A stretch of DNA of 64,000 nucleotides from Basidiobolus meristosporus CBS 931.73 (lineage: Eukaryota > Fungi > Basidiobolomycota): assembly GCA_002104905.1 (NCBI GenBank), contig MCFE01000294.1, positions 37,839-101,838 on the forward strand. Reading direction: 5' to 3'. Under the pieces are notes generated by a model that saw only the letters and a program-made list of their open reading frames with translations, did not search any database and was not told the DNA's origin. The position numbers and the translations under genes are program-made. Of the stretch, positions 63,773-64,000 are shown piece by piece; within the stretch, counting starts at the first letter, position 1; every line of letters starts with the position of its first letter.

Positions 63773-64000
63773 AGGGTTAGGGTTAGGGTTAGGGTTAGGG
63801 TTAGGGTTAGGGTTAGGGTTAGGGTTAGGGTTAGGGTTAGGGTTAGGGTTAGGGTTAGGGTTAGGGTTAGGGTTAGGGTTAGGGTTAGGGTTAGGGTTAG
63901 GGTTAGGGTTAGGGTTAGGGTTAGGGTTAGGGTTAGGGTTAGGGTTAGGGTTAGGGTTAGGGTTAGGGTTAGGGTTAGGGTTAGGGTTAGGGTTAGGTTA
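63771..64000 (+). repeat. Telomere (TTAGGG)n
   Basis: 37 perfect TTAGGG units (63771-63992), then TTAGG and TTA. The G-rich strand runs toward the end of the window. Confidence 0.98.

Noticed and set aside
63993-64000. Variant TTAGG unit at the extreme end
   Set aside because: It lies at the contig edge, where a sequencing or consensus error is the simplest explanation.

Overview
This is the right-hand end of a eukaryotic chromosome, most likely fungal. An early-diverging lineage is inferred from the TTAGGG telomere, 55-70 nt GT-AG introns, a GLUT-like sugar porter and the chromovirus type. There are three compartments. (1) About 1-40 kb is a CpG-depleted pile of nested, mostly dead transposons: many Ty1/copia copies and LTRs of one family with a half-tRNAiMet primer site, a Ty3/gypsy, two CMC/EnSpm (CACTA-type) copies, a PIF/Harbinger relic with two matching MITEs, and several solo LTRs. 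(2) About 42.7-57.9 kb is a CpG-normal island of four intact genes: a hexokinase, a divergently transcribed GLUT-like transporter, a 16-exon oxidosqualene cyclase with unusual active-site residues, and an intronless bacterial/phage-type GH24 lysozyme. (3) About 58.2-64 kb holds transposon fragments, a 5'-truncated chromovirus with an open pol, an unrelated 235-codon ORF1/gag-like frame cut at its 5' end, and 37 perfect TTAGGG repeats. The most interesting signals are the telomere-capped chimeric end, the candidate horizontally acquired lysozyme, the divergent cyclase, and the kinase-transporter pair. All family assignments come from motif recognition by eye; no searches were run.
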